DNA of 64,000 nt from an uncultured delta proteobacterium (GTDB lineage: Bacteria; Myxococcota; Myxococcia; SLRQ01). The position numbers were made by a program, and so were the translations under genes. Positions 42,855 through 56,111 of this stretch are shown here, piece after piece; positions within the stretch are counted from its first letter, which is position 1; every line of letters starts with the position of its first letter. The notes beneath the pieces were generated by a model. It was not told the DNA's origin. It ran no database searches and was given only the letters and a program-made list of their open reading frames with translations. The stretch covers positions 1,600,001-1,664,000 of the forward strand of contig CAVSGM010000002.1 of the NCBI GenBank assembly GCA_963727485.1, written 5' to 3'.

Positions 42855-43988
42855 ATGGAGACCGCACTGCTCTTGCACAAGTCGGGGGGATCCACCGGTG
42901 GGTGGATGCAGAGTTGGCGATGGGACAGCGCCCTGCTCATCGGGAGCGCCGCCGTCGTCCCCATCGTGCTGTTCATGGTCTGGGCCGGGGTCCCGAACCT
43001 CACCCTGAACATCACGGTGACCGCCCTCATCGGCGGGCCCCACCTCTTCGCCACCGCGATGCCCACCTACCTGGACCGGGGCTTCCGCCGCAGCCACAAG
43101 GGGCTGCTCATCCTGGCGGCGATCGCGGTGCCGACGCTGGTCATCTGGGGCACCTTCACCAACTTCCAGGTGCTCCTCTCGATCTTCATCTTCGCCGCGT
43201 CGGTGCACGTGCTCCAGCAGAACGCCTACCTCACCGACATCTACCGGGCGCGCAAGGGCCTGCCCGAGGCGAAGTGGGCCCGGTTCGTGGACTACGGCCT
43301 GCTCTCGGTGTGCATCTATCCCATCGCCGCCTACAAGCTGGTCAACTCCGACTTCCGGCTGGGGAACGTGCAGATCCTCATCCCCAAGTTCCTCATGACC
43401 CCCGCCACCTACTGGGCGGTGTGGACGGTCTTCGGCACCTTCCTGCTGGTGTGGCTGGTGAAGACCTTCCTCGAGGTGCGTCGGCGCGAGCTCAACGTCC
43501 CCAAGACCCTGCTCATCAGCGCCACCACCGTCATCGCCTTCTTCATCCCCACGGCCGCGTCGGGGGCGCGCCTGGAGCTCGCCTTCCAGGCGGTGAACAC
43601 CTGGCACTCGGTGCAGTACCTGGGGATGATCTGGTACATCCAGAAGGTCCGCAAGGAGATGGGCCTCATCGAGTCGCCCTTCGTCCGCAAGCTCTCGGGG
43701 AGCGGCCGGCCCACCTGGTACTTCTGGGGCTTCTGCATCGCCCTGACCGGGATCATGTTCGGGGTGCTGATGGGCCTGTACTGGACCAACCCCTTCCACA
43801 TGCCCTTCATGCAGTACTACTACATGGGCATGCTCTCGGTGCTGCTGATCCACTACGTCCTCGACGGCTACGTGTTCCTGGTGGCCAACCGCGAGGGCAC
43901 CGACGTGCGCACCATGCCCTACGCGGCGCCGGCGTTCCGGCCGGCCCAAGCCCCGGCGGGCGCTCCGGTGCCGGCGGTGGCGGGCTGA
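42855..43988 (+). CDS. Polytopic membrane protein with four His motifs, function unknown
   Basis: About 9-10 hydrophobic segments; GGPHLFAT, HVLQQ, WHSVQY, HYVLDG; strong codon bias. Confidence 0.75.
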   Translation: METALLLHKSGGSTGGWMQSWRWDSALLIGSAAVVPIVLFMVWAGVPNLTLNITVTALIGGPHLFATAMPTYLDRGFRRSHKGLLILAAIAVPTLVIWGTFTNFQVLLSIFIFAASVHVLQQNAYLTDIYRARKGLPEAKWARFVDYGLLSVCIYPIAAYKLVNSDFRLGNVQILIPKFLMTPATYWAVWTVFGTFLLVWLVKTFLEVRRRELNVPKTLLISATTVIAFFIPTAASGARLELAFQAVNTWHSVQYLGMIWYIQKVRKEMGLIESPFVRKLSGSGRPTWYFWGFCIALTGIMFGVLMGLYWTNPFHMPFMQYYYMGMLSVLLIHYVLDGYVFLVANREGTDVRTMPYAAPAFRPAQAPAGAPVPAVAG

Positions 43989-44252
43989 TCCCGTCGCCGG
44001 CCGTGGTGGGCTGATCCCGTCGCCCGCGTCGACGCGGCGGCCATGACCCCAAGCGATCACGGGCCGCCGCCCTCGTGATCCGCGCCGCGCCGGGGCCTCC
44101 CCCGGCACCCCTCTGAACGCGTCACGTTGGGATACGTTGGGGCGGATTGCCCCAATGGGATACGTTGTACTGCGCTCGACGGGTCGGCCACCCCCCGCCG
44201 CCCGGGCACGCCCCGCGCATCGAGGGGCGAGGCGCTGTCCCCAACGCGCGCC

Positions 44253-45611
44253 TCAGCGCCGCGACCCGGTCGGGGGCGCGGGCGGCACCGCGGGCGCGGG
44301 CGGCGCCGCGGGGGCGGGCGGCGCGGGCAGGGCCTGGCGCAGCCCCTCGAGGAGGGCGGCCACCGCCCGGGGGCCGAAGTAGGCCTGCCGGCTCTCCCCG
44401 GTCCGGGCGGCGAGGGCCCCCGGGGTCTCGAGGTAGCCGAGGTAGCCCAGGGCCAGGCCCACCACCCGCACCGGGCCCCCGGCGCGTCGGGCGAGCCGCC
44501 GGGTCCAGCGGGCGGCGAGGGGCGAGACCGGCTCCCCGGGGACCATCGCCAGGGTCAGGTCCCCGACGCCGAGGGTCGCGACCTGGGCGCTGCGGGGGGC
44601 GAAGGGGACCAGGAGGTTGCCGGCGAGGTGCCGGAGGCCCAGGGGCGCCACCGTGTCCCCGGTGGGCGCCGGGAGGTCCACGGTGGCGCCGCCGAGGCGC
44701 ACCGCCCGGGGGGCGGCGGGGGTGAGGGGCAGGGCCCGGACCGCCGCCGCGACCGTCTCCCCCAGGGCGACCATCCGGGCGTCCTTGGAGCCCGCCCCGG
44801 GGATGGGCGCGCTGGTGACGTCGCCCACCGCCCCCTGGAGGAAGACGGTGGTGCCGTCGAGGTGCCGGGCGAGGACCCCGGGCCACCCGGCGGAGAGGCG
44901 GTGGTCGTGGGCCCCGAGGACGGTGGCGTGGCAGGCGAAGACCACCACCCGGCCCAGGGGCGGGCCCCCGGCGGCGGGGTCGACCTCGACCACGGTGAGG
45001 CGCCGGTCGGGGCGGCGGCCCGGGTCCCGGCTCCGGCAGATCGCGGGCCCGGGGCCGGTGCCCAGGCGCAGGCGCGCCGGCACCGCCTGCGCCGCCGCCC
45101 GGGTGAGCGCCGCCACCGTGTCCTTGACCACCCGGCGGGTGTAGCGGGCGTCGGAGCGGCCCAGGCCGATGAGCTCGGCGAGGGGATCGTCCCAGAGGCC
45201 GCCGGGGCCGTTGTGGGTGTGGGTGGCGGCGACCACCACCCGGTCGATCCCGGCGCCCTTCGCCCCGGCGGCGATGGCGGCGGCGAGCGGGGGCGGGACG
45301 AGGACCACGTCGAGGCTCACCAGGCCCACCCGGTGCCCGCCGCCGGCGAGGACCAGGACCCGGGCGTTCACCGGGTCCCGGACGGCGGTGAAGTGGGCGC
45401 CGTGGCGGCTCCCGAAGCCCCCCAGGGGCAGGGGGCGGGTCGGGGTGAGGTCGGCCTCGGCGAAGCCGGCGGCCAGCGGCGCCGGGAGGACCACCGGGGC
45501 CAGCGGGTGCACCGCCACCGTCCGGCGCGGGCGCAGGTCGAAGGACCCCACGGCCCACACGCCGAGGATCACCCCGAGGGCCAGAAGGCCCAGGCGCCGC
45601 GCCCGCTTCAT
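44253..45611 (-). CDS. Neutral/alkaline ceramidase-family amidohydrolase with N-terminal anchor or signal
   Basis: AGFAEADLTP..LGGFG..DPVNARVLVL..VSLD..ATHTHNGP..FACHAT..SAGWPG..FLQGAVGD..PGEP. Confidence 0.8.
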   Translation of the reverse strand: MKRARRLGLLALGVILGVWAVGSFDLRPRRTVAVHPLAPVVLPAPLAAGFAEADLTPTRPLPLGGFGSRHGAHFTAVRDPVNARVLVLAGGGHRVGLVSLDVVLVPPPLAAAIAAGAKGAGIDRVVVAATHTHNGPGGLWDDPLAELIGLGRSDARYTRRVVKDTVAALTRAAAQAVPARLRLGTGPGPAICRSRDPGRRPDRRLTVVEVDPAAGGPPLGRVVVFACHATVLGAHDHRLSAGWPGVLARHLDGTTVFLQGAVGDVTSAPIPGAGSKDARMVALGETVAAAVRALPLTPAAPRAVRLGGATVDLPAPTGDTVAPLGLRHLAGNLLVPFAPRSAQVATLGVGDLTLAMVPGEPVSPLAARWTRRLARRAGGPVRVVGLALGYLGYLETPGALAARTGESRQAYFGPRAVAALLEGLRQALPAPPAPAAPPAPAVPPAPPTGSRR

Positions 45612-45776
45612 CGGCGCCGAGGGTAGCCCGAAGCGGGCCGGCGCGCAGGCCCGGCGCCCCACGGGGATCGCGCGGTCCGGCCGGCGTCCCCTTGTCCGCG
45701 CCCCGGGGTTGCGCTCCGCCGTCCGCCCGCGCATCATCCCGGCCCGCGTTGGGCCTCGCGCCCCGGAGGGCTCGCC

Positions 45777-47199
45777 ATGTTCGACAAGCTCAAGGAGTAC
45801 TGCGGGGTCTTCGGGATCTACGGGCATCCCGAGGCCGCCAACCTCGCCTACCTCGGCCTCCACGCCCAGCAGCACCGGGGCCAGGAGTCGGCGGGCATCG
45901 TCTCGGCGAAGGACGGCCACCTCTACTCCCACCGGGCCATGGGCCTGGTCGCCGACATCTTCGGCGAGGAGGTCCTGGAGAAGCTCCCGGGGACGGCGGC
46001 CATCGGGCACGTGCGCTACTCCACCGCCGGCGACTCCCACGTGAAGAACGCCCAGCCGTTCACCGTGGAGTACGCCGACGGGCCCATGGCGGTGGCCCAC
46101 AACGGCAACCTCATCAACGCCCTCGAGCTCCGGGAGCGCCTGGAGCAGGCCGGGTCGATCTTCCAGTCCAACATGGACACCGAGGTGCTCATCCACCTCC
46201 TCGCCCGCAACCGCCACGGCACCTTCCTCGACCGGCTGGTCGAGACCCTCGCCGAGGTCCGCGGCGCCTGGTCCCTGGTGTTCCTCACGCCCAATGCGCT
46301 CATCGGCGCCCGGGACCCCCTGGGGTTCCGGCCCCTGGTCCTCGGCCGGCAGAAGGGCGCCTACGTCCTGGCCTCGGAGACCTGCGCCCTCGACCTCATC
46401 GAGGCCGAGTTCATCCGGGAGATCGAGCCTGGGGAGATCGTGGTCATCGACGGCGAGGGGCTCACCTCCCTGCGCCCCGAGTCCCTGAAGGCCGATCGCA
46501 CCGGCCACTGCATCTTCGAGCTGGTCTACTTCGCCCGCCCCGACTCCATGGTCTTCGGGCGCAGCGTCTGGGAGGCGCGCAAGGCCATGGGCCGGCGCCT
46601 GGCGAAGGAGCACCCGGTCGAGGCGGACCTGGTGATCCCCGTCCCCGACTCGGGGGTCCCGGCGGCGCTCGGGCTACGCCGAGGAGAGCGGCGTCCCCTT
46701 CGACCTGGGGCTGGTGCGCAGCCACTACGTGGGCCGCACCTTCATCGAGCCCAGCCAGTCCATCCGCCACTTCGGGGTCAAGCTCAAGCTCTCGCCGGTG
46801 CGCGCGGCGCTGAAGGACAAGCGGGTGGTGGTGGTCGACGACTCCATCGTCCGGGGCACCACCAGCCGCAAGATCGTCGCCCTGCTCCGGGGCGCCGGGG
46901 CCCGGGAGGTCCACCTGCGGATCTCCAGCCCCCCCACCACCGACCCCTGCTACTTCGGCATCGACACCCCCACCAAGCAGGAGCTCATCGCCGCCAGCCA
47001 CTCGGTGGAGGAGATCGCCCGGTACATCACCGCCGACACCCTGGGCTACCTCTCGGTGGAGGGCCTCCACGCCTCGGTGAAGGACCCCGGCGAGACCTTC
47101 TGCGACAGCTGCTTCACCAGCCGCTACCTCCTGAACCTCCCCGACGACGAGTCCCGGGCCCGGATGCGCCACCCGGGGGTGAGCTTCGCCAGCCGCTGA
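45777..47199 (+). CDS. purF: Amidophosphoribosyltransferase; extra G at 46671-46673
   Basis: [48 protein letters not shown]. Confidence 0.96.
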
Positions 47200-47221
47200 G
47201 GAACGTGGTAACGCTTGACCC

Positions 47222-47980
47222 ATGGCCGACCTGGCGGAGCTGCTCCTCACCCACAACGAGATCGACTGGAACCAGCTGGAGAGCGCCCGGGGCCAGCAGC
47301 AGTTCTCCGGGGCGCGCCTGGAGCACATCCTCGTCGACGCCCGGATGATCCCGGAGAAGCGGCTGGCCGACGCCATCGCCCGGGTCACCCACACCGAGCG
47401 GGTCCACCTCGACGCGCTCCCCCCGGACGGCGCCGCCCTGGCCAAGCTCCCCGCCGACTTCTGCTGGGCCGACGTGGTGTTCCCGGTGGCCCTCGAGGGC
47501 AGCGGCCGGGTGCTCAAGGTCGCCTTCACCGATCCCATGGACCTCGGCCTCACCGACAAGGTCGCCGGGCGCTCCGGGTGCCGGGTGGTGCCGGTGGTCG
47601 CCGGCCTCTACGAGATCCGCCGGGCCATCCGCCGCCACTACCACGGCGAGGACGTGGAGACCCCCGCGGAGGCCGCCGCCGAGACCGAGGAAGAGGCGTT
47701 CAAGATCACCGACATGGCCGGGCACACCATGGTCACCTCGAAGGACCAGGTGAAGGCACAGGCGCCCGCGGCCCGCCCCCAGGCGCCGCCCCCGCCGGTG
47801 GCCGACGACCCCGCCGACGTCCTCTTCGACGTGCGCACCCTCGGCCCCGAGGAGCTGGCGCGCCTCCGGAAGATCCAGGCGAACCAGCAGAAGAGCGCCC
47901 TGGTGCTCCGGGCGATCCTCGAGCTCCTCGAGGAGCGTGGGTACCTCACCCGCGCCGAGGTCGAGGCCCGGGGCAGGTAA
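47222..47980 (+). CDS. Stand-alone GspE/PilB N-terminal (MshEN-like) domain protein
   Basis: [35 protein letters not shown]; no ATPase domain. Confidence 0.78.
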   Translation: MADLAELLLTHNEIDWNQLESARGQQQFSGARLEHILVDARMIPEKRLADAIARVTHTERVHLDALPPDGAALAKLPADFCWADVVFPVALEGSGRVLKVAFTDPMDLGLTDKVAGRSGCRVVPVVAGLYEIRRAIRRHYHGEDVETPAEAAAETEEEAFKITDMAGHTMVTSKDQVKAQAPAARPQAPPPPVADDPADVLFDVRTLGPEELARLRKIQANQQKSALVLRAILELLEERGYLTRAEVEARGR

Positions 47981-48023
47981 CCACCCCCGCCCGGGGGGCG
48001 AAGCCCGTCGGAAGGGAGCGCCC

Positions 48024-51540
<3,517 letters not shown>

Positions 51541-51544
<4 letters not shown>

Positions 51545-52907
51545 CCGGCGTCCTCGGCGACCTCGACGGTCCTGGGGGCCTCGTCGTCACGGGGTCCGCG
51601 TCGTCACCGGGGTCCGCGTCGTCACCGGGGTCCGCGTCGTCCGCGTCCGCGGCCTCGGCGTCCCCGTCCCCGAGGCCGAGGTCCGGGGCCTCGGTGTAGA
51701 GCACCAGGTCGGCCTTCCCGGCCCGGGCGCCCTTGTCGAGGAGGGCGTAGACGTCGCCGAGGACCGCGTCGGCGTCGGGGTAGCGGTCGTGGGGATCGTC
51801 GCGGGTGAGGCGATCGAAGAGGGCGTCGACGCCCTTGGGGACCTCGGCCCCGGCCTCCGAGGGCAGCGGCGCCCGGCGCCCGGGGGCCTGGCCCACCAAG
51901 AGCTCGTAGAGGAGGATCCCGAGGCCGTAGAGGTCGGCGGTGGGCCCGATGTCGCCGCGGCTCACCTGCTCCGGGGCCAGGTAGGCCATGCCGGTGGTGG
52001 AGAGGAAGACGTTGGGCAGCGCGGTGACCCGGCTGGCGTCCACCTCGAGGACGCTGGAGAGGCCGAAGTCGCCAAGGCGCACGTTCCCCCAGGCGTCGAG
52101 GAGGAGGTTCTCGGGCTTGAGGTTCTTGTGGAGCACGCCGTCGGCGTGGGCCGCGCGCAGGGCGTGGAGGGCCTGGTGGAGGTAGCGCAGGACCACCGGC
52201 ACCGGCAGGCCGCCGCCCTTGCGCCGGAGCACCTCGCGCACCGAGCCCCCGGGCTGGTAGGCCATGACGAAGAAGGGGTGGGCCACGTCGGGGTCGAGGT
52301 CGAGGATCTCGACGATGCCCGGGTGGCGCAGGGCGGCCTGGGCGGTGACCGCCGTCTCCAGGCGCCTGGCCACCTCGCCCCGCTCGAGGAAGGCGAAGTG
52401 GCTGAACAGGTCCTTGATCTCCTTGATCGCCACCTCGGTCCCGAGGGTGGTGTGGCGACCGCGGTAGACGGTCCCGAGGCCCCCGGAGCCCACCGCGTCG
52501 TACTTCACCCAGTGGGTGTCGTGGACCGCGGCCCCCCGGCCGCTGCCGGCGTGGACGGTGGCGGGCTCGGGCTCGTCCTCGATCCGGGGCGCCGGCGCCT
52601 CCTCGAGGCGGTGGGCGAAGTAGTCGGTGAGCTCGAGGGTGAAGCGGTCGCCGTCGTAGCCCTCGACCACCCGGCCGCCGTCCTCGGTCAGCCCCAGGGT
52701 GTGGGTCTGGCGGTTGAGGGTGATGTAGTTGAACTTCTTGAGGAACTTCAGGTAGTCGGCGAAGTCCAGGGTCACCGCGCCCGCGAGGGCGTCGCGGACG
52801 TCGGCCATGTGGTTCGCCTTCCCCTCGGCCTCGCCGGTGGCGAGGTGCTGGAGGATGAACCTGGCCTCGCCCGTGATCACCTCCGGGGTCACCACAGTGT
52901 CTGACAT
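51541..52907 (-). CDS. Ser/Thr kinase-like protein, probable pseudokinase, with N-terminal extra domain
   Basis: GSGGLG, VAIK, HKNLKPEN, DFG, YLAPEQ, DLYGLG; restoring 1 nt near 51590 gives a stop at 51541 overlapping the PilZ ATG. Confidence 0.85.
51584..51636. repeat. 18-bp tandem repeat, three copies, one short by 1 nt
   Basis: TCGTCACCGGGGTCCGCG at 51601 and 51619; 17-bp variant at 51584. Confidence 0.9.
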
Positions 52908-52984
52908 CGGGGGCCTCCGTCCTTCAGGGTGCGAAGGGCGATTATTCGCCCGCGCGCCGCCCCGGATCAAGGATGGCCGGCCTT

Positions 52985-53293
52985 TCAGCCCTGGAGGAGC
53001 CCGAGGGTCGCCGCGTACCACATGAGGAAGAGGGCGGCGATGCACAGGAGCAGGGCGACGATGCTCACCGCCGGCGACCACTTGGACCACCAGGGCTGGG
53101 GCGGGAGCTCGGGCTCCTCGGGGGGCTGCTCGCCCTGGGCGCTGGCGTGGCGACGCAGGCGCCGCCGATGGCGTGCCAGCCGCCGGCTCTGACCCTTGTT
53201 CCCCCGGGTGAAGTGCCAGGCGTTGGCCAGGAGCACGAACACCGCGAAGAGGACGAAGATCAGCAGGTACTTGTAGAAGGCCTCCTTGTACAT
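52985..53293 (-). CDS. Small two-TM membrane protein
   Basis: MYKEAFYKYLLIFVLF.. basic/Pro linker ..VSIVALLLCIAALFLMWY; GGAG RBS. Confidence 0.65.
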   Translation of the reverse strand: MYKEAFYKYLLIFVLFAVFVLLANAWHFTRGNKGQSRRLARHRRRLRRHASAQGEQPPEEPELPPQPWWSKWSPAVSIVALLLCIAALFLMWYAATLGLLQG

Positions 53294-53390
53294 CGCGCGC
53301 TCCGTCGTCGGTGGAAGGCGTGGGCGTGCCCCCGGTGACCCGCCCCGTGCCGTCTTGCGACCCCCGGGCGGGGCCGCTAGCCTAGCCCAG

Positions 53391-53924
53391 GTGAGCCCTT
53401 CGCGCCGAGGCCTTCTCCCGCTGCTGGCCGTCCTCCTCCTCGCCCCGGCGTGCGCCCACGCGCCACAGGCCCCGCCCGCCGCGCCGGCGCCACCCCCCGT
53501 CGCCTGGAAGGTGATCCAGCTGCCGGGGACCGGGGTGGTCAAGGCCAAGGTCCGAAGCCCCCAGGCCCTGCGCCAGCGCCTCGGCGCCGCCCTGCGCCAG
53601 GGGCACGCCGCCGGGTGGCGGTTCACCGGGCCGCCGATGATCGTGGTGCCGCCGTCGGGCCCGCGGCTCCTCGCGATCCCCGTGGCCGGGCGCCCGTCGG
53701 TGTCGCCGCCGTTCTCCTTCACCCTGCGGCTGCCCACCCGGGCCGCGGTGGAGACGGCGACCGGGCCCCTGCCCGAGGTGGAGACCCGGGCCCGGGCGAT
53801 GCGCCGGCAGCTCGCGGCCCACGGCCTGAAGCCCGCCGGACCCCTGGTCCTGGAGCTGGTCGACGATCCGGGGGCTACTCCGCCGAGCCGGCGCCGGACC
53901 CGGATCGTGATCCCGCTGAAGTAG
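53391..53924 (+). CDS. Lipoprotein with GyrI-like small-molecule-binding domain
   Basis: APAC lipobox-like; GPP; GP....HGLKPAGP..E..DDP....TRIVIPL. Confidence 0.6.
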   Translation: MSPSRRGLLPLLAVLLLAPACAHAPQAPPAAPAPPPVAWKVIQLPGTGVVKAKVRSPQALRQRLGAALRQGHAAGWRFTGPPMIVVPPSGPRLLAIPVAGRPSVSPPFSFTLRLPTRAAVETATGPLPEVETRARAMRRQLAAHGLKPAGPLVLELVDDPGATPPSRRRTRIVIPLK

Positions 53925-54519
53925 CCCGGCGCGACACCCAGACCTCCACCGCGCCGGCCCGGGGGTAGAGGCCGACGCGCGCCGTGGCCCGGCGGCGGGT
54001 GAAACGGAGCACCTGGCCCTTGCCGTCGGCGCCGGCGTAGAGGAGCTTCCAGCCCTGGGCGTGCATCCCCCGGCGCGCCGCGCGGGTCAGCCGGGTGACG
54101 CTGCCGCCCGTCACTCGGACCACGGCGGTGGCGAGGCCGCCGGCCTGGGTGTCGTAGGCCGCGGGGCCGGTGGCGGCGGGGACCCAGAGGTCGTGGGGGA
54201 GGTCGCCGCGGCCGGTCTTCCCCGGCGACGCCGGGAGCTTGGGGGCGAGGGCGGCGGCGAGGTGGCTCGGGGCGGCGCCGCCGGACCCGGCCGTGTCGCC
54301 GTGCCCGTGGAGGAGCCCCGAGGGGACGTAGTGGGCCACCGCCTGCTCCTTCTTGGCGAGCCAGGGCCGGCCCCAGCGCCGCCACCCGAGCCAGCCGCCC
54401 ACCGCCAGCACCGCCACCAGGGCCAGGAGCCCCCCGCAGCCGACCAGGCACCCCTTGCGGCAGCCGCCGGTGGTCTTCGCCGGGGCGCCGCCGGGCGCGC
54501 CGCCCACCGGGGCGCTCAC
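53875..54519 (-). CDS. Single-TM hypothetical protein
   Basis: KGCLVGCGGLLALVAVLAVGGW anchor; GTGA overlap with the upstream gene. Confidence 0.6.
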   Translation of the reverse strand: MSAPVGGAPGGAPAKTTGGCRKGCLVGCGGLLALVAVLAVGGWLGWRRWGRPWLAKKEQAVAHYVPSGLLHGHGDTAGSGGAAPSHLAAALAPKLPASPGKTGRGDLPHDLWVPAATGPAAYDTQAGGLATAVVRVTGGSVTRLTRAARRGMHAQGWKLLYAGADGKGQVLRFTRRRATARVGLYPRAGAVEVWVSRRATSAGSRSGSGAGSAE

Positions 54520-55409
54520 GGCCCCACCGTGAGCCAGGTGACCACCTGGCCGCCGTCGAGGAGCGGCAGGGTCCGCACCGCGTGCACCGAGACCCCGATG
54601 GCGTCGCCCGCGAGGTGCACCGGCCACCGCCGCGGCTCGGGCGGCGGGATCACCTGGGGGTGGGTGGCGAGGCTGTCGGCCTGCTTCATCAGCGCCTTGA
54701 AGGGCCCGGCGCTCGCCGGCAGCTTGCCCGTGGAGAAGGGCAGCTCGCCGTGGATGGTGAGGTGGTCGCCGTGGCCGTCGAGGCGCACCCCGCCCATGGG
54801 GCTCTCGAGGGCCGACTGCCCCTCGACGCGCACCGGGTGGACCAGCTCGCCGTCGAGGTGGAAGTGGCCGGTGGCGTCGTAGCGCAGCGCCAGGCGGGGC
54901 CCGCCCTTCTCGTGCCACCCCGCCGGCGGGTCCTGCCACCGCCCGTGGGCGAAGCGGATCACCCCCTGGGCCCGCATGTGGTCCTTGAGCTTGGGCCCGC
55001 CCTCGCTGGCGACGTGGGTCTCGTCCCGGAGGTCGTAGTCGAGGGTGGCGTCGGTGAGGTGGTAGCCCCGGGCGTCCCGGGCGAGGGTGAAGTGCGCGGT
55101 GACCACGTAGCTGTTCTCGATGAACACGCCCTGGTCGGGGCCCGCGTCGGGCGCGGGGAGCCCGTGGATCACGGCGGCGAAGTGCGCCGGGAGCTCGATG
55201 CCCAGGAGCATGAGGCTGGCGATGCCCAGCGGCGCCGCGTCCAGGCCCCTCGCCTCGACGGTGAGGACCCCGTGGAGGGTCTGGCCACCCGGGGCCGCCC
55301 GGGCGCCGGTGGCCGGGGCGGCGAGGGCCCCGGCGACGAGGAGGACGAGGCCCGCGGCGAGGCGTCCCGGCCGCCGGCGGCGTGCGCGAGGATGATCGAC
55401 GGGGATCAT
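54516..55409 (-). CDS. Secreted hypothetical protein
   Basis: Basic N-region, hydrophobic core, ARA cleavage site; GC3-biased frame. Confidence 0.65.
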   Translation of the reverse strand: MIPVDHPRARRRRPGRLAAGLVLLVAGALAAPATGARAAPGGQTLHGVLTVEARGLDAAPLGIASLMLLGIELPAHFAAVIHGLPAPDAGPDQGVFIENSYVVTAHFTLARDARGYHLTDATLDYDLRDETHVASEGGPKLKDHMRAQGVIRFAHGRWQDPPAGWHEKGGPRLALRYDATGHFHLDGELVHPVRVEGQSALESPMGGVRLDGHGDHLTIHGELPFSTGKLPASAGPFKALMKQADSLATHPQVIPPPEPRRWPVHLAGDAIGVSVHAVRTLPLLDGGQVVTWLTVGP

Positions 55410-55435
55410 GGCCTACCGTTCTACTACCGCGCGCC

Positions 55436-56089
55436 TCAGAAGTCCGCGCCCAGGCTCACGCCCGGCACCACCAGCACCGAGGGAGCGCTGCCCCCGGAGA
55501 AGACGAGGCCCAGGGCGAGCTCGGGCCCGAGGCGCAGGGCCCCCAGGCGTCGGCTCCAGGCCAGGGTGAGGAGGAGCTGGTGGGCGCCGGTGACGCGGCC
55601 GGCGGTGTCGGTGGCGTAGGCGTAGCGCAGGGCCGCGGCGAAGGTGTCGGCGTCGTCGGGGTCGAGCTCCACCAGGGGTCCGCCGAAGACCGCGAGGCCG
55701 AGGTCGGTCCCCGAGGCGATGCAGGTCGTTCCCTGGCAGCTGCCCACCGAGAGGCTTCCCTCGACGCCGTGGAGGAGGCCCAGGCGCAGGTGGGGCCGGC
55801 GCAGGAGGAGGAGATCGCCCTCGGCGCCGACGACGAAGCTGCTCCCCTCGAGGGCCAGGGTGTAGCGGGGGGCGAGGCGCAGGGTGAGGCTCGCCGCCGT
55901 CCCCAGGGCGTAGAGCCAGGTGTTGCCGGTGGCGCCGTCGTGCTCGATCACCGGCGCCGCGGCGAGGGCGACCCGGCCGTGCCCCGTCGCCGGGGGCCGG
56001 ACGAAGGGCAGGGTGGACACCGGCGGGGGGGCGGTGACGCAGCTGGTGAGGAGGACCACCAGGATGAGGCCGGGACGCAGGGATCGCAT
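55436..56089 (-). CDS. Outer-membrane beta-barrel-like lipoprotein
   Basis: LTSC lipobox; alternating beta-strand pattern; C-terminal Phe (VSLGADF). Confidence 0.6.
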   Translation of the reverse strand: MRSLRPGLILVVLLTSCVTAPPPVSTLPFVRPPATGHGRVALAAAPVIEHDGATGNTWLYALGTAASLTLRLAPRYTLALEGSSFVVGAEGDLLLLRRPHLRLGLLHGVEGSLSVGSCQGTTCIASGTDLGLAVFGGPLVELDPDDADTFAAALRYAYATDTAGRVTGAHQLLLTLAWSRRLGALRLGPELALGLVFSGGSAPSVLVVPGVSLGADF

Positions 56090-56111
56090 GGGCGTGCTCC
56101 TCGGGGGCTGC

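Noticed and set aside
45777..47199. Pseudogene or programmed-frameshift calls for purF and other split genes
   Set aside because: Scattered single-base indels with intact motifs and no shared slippery sequence fit sequencing error better
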